DNA from: Blepharisma stoltei ATCC 30299
Taxonomy: Eukaryota > Protista > Ciliophora
DNA length: 64,000 nucleotides
Direction of reading: 5' to 3'
Assembly (NCBI GenBank): GCA_965603825.1
Contig: CBFDEM010000005.1
Location: 620,001-684,000 of the forward strand
Part shown: positions 60,900-64,000 of the stretch, in pieces
How positions within the stretch are numbered: position 1 is the first letter of the stretch
Layout: every line of letters starts with the position of its first letter
Program-made: the position numbers and the translations under genes
Notes under the pieces: model-generated
The model's database searches: none
What the model saw: the letters and a program-made list of their open reading frames with translations, nothing else
Told to the model about the DNA's origin: nothing

Positions 60900-62411
60900 T
60901 TAGGAAATAGAATAAATATAGCCATCTGGTCTGATTATATAGGAATCGTCATTGCAAGAAGGAACATTATAAATTTCATATGGAAAATTCTTCAGCTGAG
61001 CTCTTCCTGTAAGCTGGAGAAATGTAGGCTTTTTATTTTCTTTTCATAACAAACCCAGCAGTTTTCTTATTTTAATTGCTGATTCTTTATCCGTGATATC
61101 AATATTCTGCGAAAGCTCACCACCATTTTCAAAAAATCCTGATTTATATGAAATTTCAAAATCTCCCTTTGGATTGATCAAACATAACAAATTTCTCTCA
61201 TCAGCTAAATGAGCTCTTGCTTTATTTTGATCAAACAAAAACCTCTGCCCCATTTTTGAAGCAAAATTAAACAAACTTTCCCCAAATGGTAAATAGTCAG
61301 CTGCTTTTTTATAATTTTCTACCCCGCTAATCTCTAGTCCTGAAGCTTCAGCAATTTTCATTAATTTTACAAAGTTTTCGCTTGCAATTTTTAAAATTTC
61401 TCTGTCAAAATTTTGCCTTTCTTCCCCATATGTTTCTAATAATTTTTCATAAGAAAATTTCCAGCATAAATTATGGGCATCTTTTATGCCAGAATTTACC
61501 CCAAACCCTCCAGCCATAGGCATCTGATGTGTTGAATCTCCTACAAGAAATACTCTTTTATTGGAAAAAGAGTTGGCTAAGGTCGAACTCATTTTATAGT
61601 TTCATGTTGATTTAATTACAATATCTTTAAGAGGAGTCCCAGACATCCTAATAATTATTTCTTTAATTTCTTTTTCACTGTAAAATTGGGACCCTTTTCC
61701 AAATATAGGTAAGTGGATGTTAAATTCTCCATCATCAGGATCATGCATAACAACAGATGCAGCATCATAAGGACTTAGCACAAAAAACACCATCGCTGGG
61801 GATCTTTTAGCTAGTTTTCCTAGTTCTTTTGAAAAGAAATGAATATTAATAAAGTCTTGCCATGATCCAAATCCAGTCATTTTTATACCTAAAAGATTTC
61901 TCACTGTGCTGAACTGTCCATCAGCTGCTATTAAATAATCACATTCATAAGTATCTCCTTGATTGGTCCTTATTTTTACACCATTTTCTGATTGAGATAA
62001 CTCAGTTAATTCTCTATCGAAAATCATCGATGATTTTGATGGTAAATTCTCATATAAAATTTTAGTCAATTTGTGCAGAGCTAAGTGCGCAACATCCATA
62101 TCTGATAATTTTGAATTTTTCCTATAATTTTCAGTTGAAAAATGATCATGTCGCCTATAAGTTTCGCCTAAAATTTCTGAGCAATAATTAATATGTCGTC
62201 AATATTTATTTTCTGGCATTTTTGAATAAATTAAATTAGAGACCCCTATATCTCGAAAAACTTCCATAGTCCTGGAATGTAGAAAATGAGCACTTGGATG
62301 CTGACTTAATTTTTTTTGTTTTTCAAGAATAACGTTTTCTATTCCTGATAGACCTAACAGATGGGAACAAGTAAGTCCAACAGGGCCAGCTCCTATTATA
62401 ATGATTTTCAT
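60900..62411 (-). CDS. FAD-dependent aromatic monooxygenase (FAD_binding_3, TfdB/PheA-like)
   Basis: 'IIGAGPVGL', 'RTMEVFR..G', 'YLIAADG..S.VR..LGI.M.G', 'RVFLVGDSTHQMPMAGGFGVNSGIKDAHNL.WK', 'IRPDGYI'; TGA at 62199, 61602, 61044. Confidence 0.9.
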
Positions 62412-62456
62412 TATTATTTTGATAAGAGAAGTTCTGAAGAAATTATATTATTAAAT

Positions 62457-62798
62457 ATGGATAGCCGCGTTAGAGCTTCTCATATTCTTTTAAAGCACAC
62501 AGGATCCAGAAATCCTAATGACTCTTACAGAAAACGCCCTGTTACTCGTTCTTTTGAAGAAGCAAAAGCTGGAATTGAGCGGGTTCAAAAGCGTCTGGCA
62601 GCTGGAGAAAGGTTTGATGCAATTGCAAGAGAACTCAGTGAGTGTGGAAGTGCAGCAAACGGAGGAGATCTTGGATTTTTCACTAGAGGACAAATGCAAA
62701 AACCATTTGAGGATGCCGCTTTCGAATTGCAGCCTGGCCAGATGTCTGGGCCAGTGGTTTCTGATTCTGGGATTCATATCATTTTAAGAACAGGTTAA
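62457..62798 (+). CDS. PIN1: Pin1-type parvulin PPIase without WW domain
   Basis: 'VRASHILLKH.GSRNP', 'SECGSA..GGDLG.F.RGQMQKPFE.A.F.L', 'SDSGIHIILRTG'. Confidence 0.9.
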   Translation: MDSRVRASHILLKHTGSRNPNDSYRKRPVTRSFEEAKAGIERVQKRLAAGERFDAIARELSECGSAANGGDLGFFTRGQMQKPFEDAAFELQPGQMSGPVVSDSGIHIILRTG

Positions 62799-62878
62799 AT
62801 TCTTTCTTATATATTTTTGTTTATTATAAAATTACTACAAAAACAATCGAGAAATTCATTGATTATTTATGTGTCAAG

Positions 62879-64000
62879 CTAATCTTCTCTGTCCATATCT
62901 AATTCTTTTTTCCTCTGCTTGCCATCATATGAATAGCATGGGTTTGGTGCGTTGTAAAATGGGCTTTCCGTATAGTTCGAAATGGCAGGAGAGCATGCTA
63001 TGACTTTTTCTCTGAGCATGGTGACAACTTTTTCTGTAGAATGTCTAAGGTATTCTTTTGAGTTTTGGTTTTCCATGTTACTAATAGATGGGACTAATGA
63101 AAAATCAGGACCATAGTAGCCTAAATATTCATCCCAGTCAGGCAGTTTTGGGTCTAGCTCATATCCACAAGCAATAGCTGTTTCATAAGCCCAACATCTG
63201 CCTACATTTCTTAATGTATATCCACCACCGCCTATCAGAAGTATTGGCTTTCCAAAGCTTTTCACGTACTCAACACAAGCTCCATGCCCTTTGATTGACA
63301 AGTTAAAACACCCAAGTCTATCTCCAGACAAAGAGTCAGCGCCAGACTGTAATACAATGACTTCAGGGTTGTAGATCTCCATGACTGTGTCAATGACTGG
63401 CTTGAATATTGTGATATAGCTATCATCGTCCATTCCTTCGTTTAAAGGCACATTAACCGAATACCCATCTCCTACTCCATGGCCGGTATCATTGAAATTT
63501 CCAGTGTCAGGGAAATAGTTCCCAAATTTATGGAATGAACAAGTCATGACTCGATTTGTGGTATAAAAGGCTTCTTCTACCCCATCCCCATGGTGAATAT
63601 CTATATCAATATAAAGTACTCTATAATGGTTTTTTAAAAGCTCTAAAGCCCCTAAAACACAGTCATTTATATAGCAAAAACCACTAGCTTCTTGCTGCTT
63701 AGCATGGTGAAGTCCGCCCGACCAATTTACAGCGATATGATTTCTCCCTTCATTGATTGCGTTAGCGCCTATAATGCTGCCTGCTGCTGTAAGTTTGCAG
63801 TAGTCCCATAGTCCTTCAAAAACAGGACAGTCTTCTCCCATGTTAAAACCAATAAAAAGATCTAAATAATCATTCAGATTTTCAGGAGTCACTGTTTTAA
63901 GGAAATCCAAATAATCTTCTGTATGAAAGTACGATATATCTTCTTCGATAGTAGGAGGGACTGAGCTGCCATCAACTACTTCTAATTGATCAAGGACCCC
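62879..64000 (-). CDS. Class I histone deacetylase (Rpd3/HDAC1-like), 5' truncated by window edge
   Basis: 'EDCPVF', 'NWSGGLHHAK..EASGFCY.ND', 'DIDIHHGDGVEEAFY', 'GADSLSGDRLG', 'GGGGYT'. Confidence 0.95.
   Translation of the reverse strand, partial: GVLDQLEVVDGSSVPPTIEEDISYFHTEDYLDFLKTVTPENLNDYLDLFIGFNMGEDCPVFEGLWDYCKLTAAGSIIGANAINEGRNHIAVNWSGGLHHAKQQEASGFCYINDCVLGALELLKNHYRVLYIDIDIHHGDGVEEAFYTTNRVMTCSFHKFGNYFPDTGNFNDTGHGVGDGYSVNVPLNEGMDDDSYITIFKPVIDTVMEIYNPEVIVLQSGADSLSGDRLGCFNLSIKGHGACVEYVKSFGKPILLIGGGGYTLRNVGRCWAYETAIACGYELDPKLPDWDEYLGYYGPDFSLVPSISNMENQNSKEYLRHSTEKVVTMLREKVIACSPAISNYTESPFYNAPNPCYSYDGKQRKKELDMDRED

Overview
This is a gene-dense, AT-rich eukaryotic window from a heterotrich ciliate, most like Blepharisma (inferred). 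About 50 in-frame TGA codons read as Trp, while genes end in TAA or TAG. Introns are 15-16 nt GT-AG, each with A at position 10. The supplied ORF track therefore fragments or misses many genes. After re-reading I find about 50 protein genes, including TOR, kinesin-8, Rab7, Rab1, SAS-4, DRC10, RabGGTase alpha, a class I HDAC, a Pin1-type parvulin, an H2A variant, two Myb-type proteins, a GH25 lysozyme, an aromatic amino acid hydroxylase, three O-methyltransferases, an MFS transporter and an FAD monooxygenase. Highlights: (1) a SelM-type selenoprotein with TGA in a CxxU motif and a SECIS-like hairpin, so UGA appears to mean both Trp and Sec; (2) a 764-nt IES/MITE-like insertion bounded by direct repeats, whose precise removal restores the third O-methyltransferase to exactly the length of its neighbour; (3) a hydroxylase with tryptophan-hydroxylase-type residues; (4) extreme gene packing, with gaps down to 7-8 nt. 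I saw no rRNA, tRNA, CRISPR array, transposase or telomere tract. Family calls come from motif recognition by eye, not database searches.
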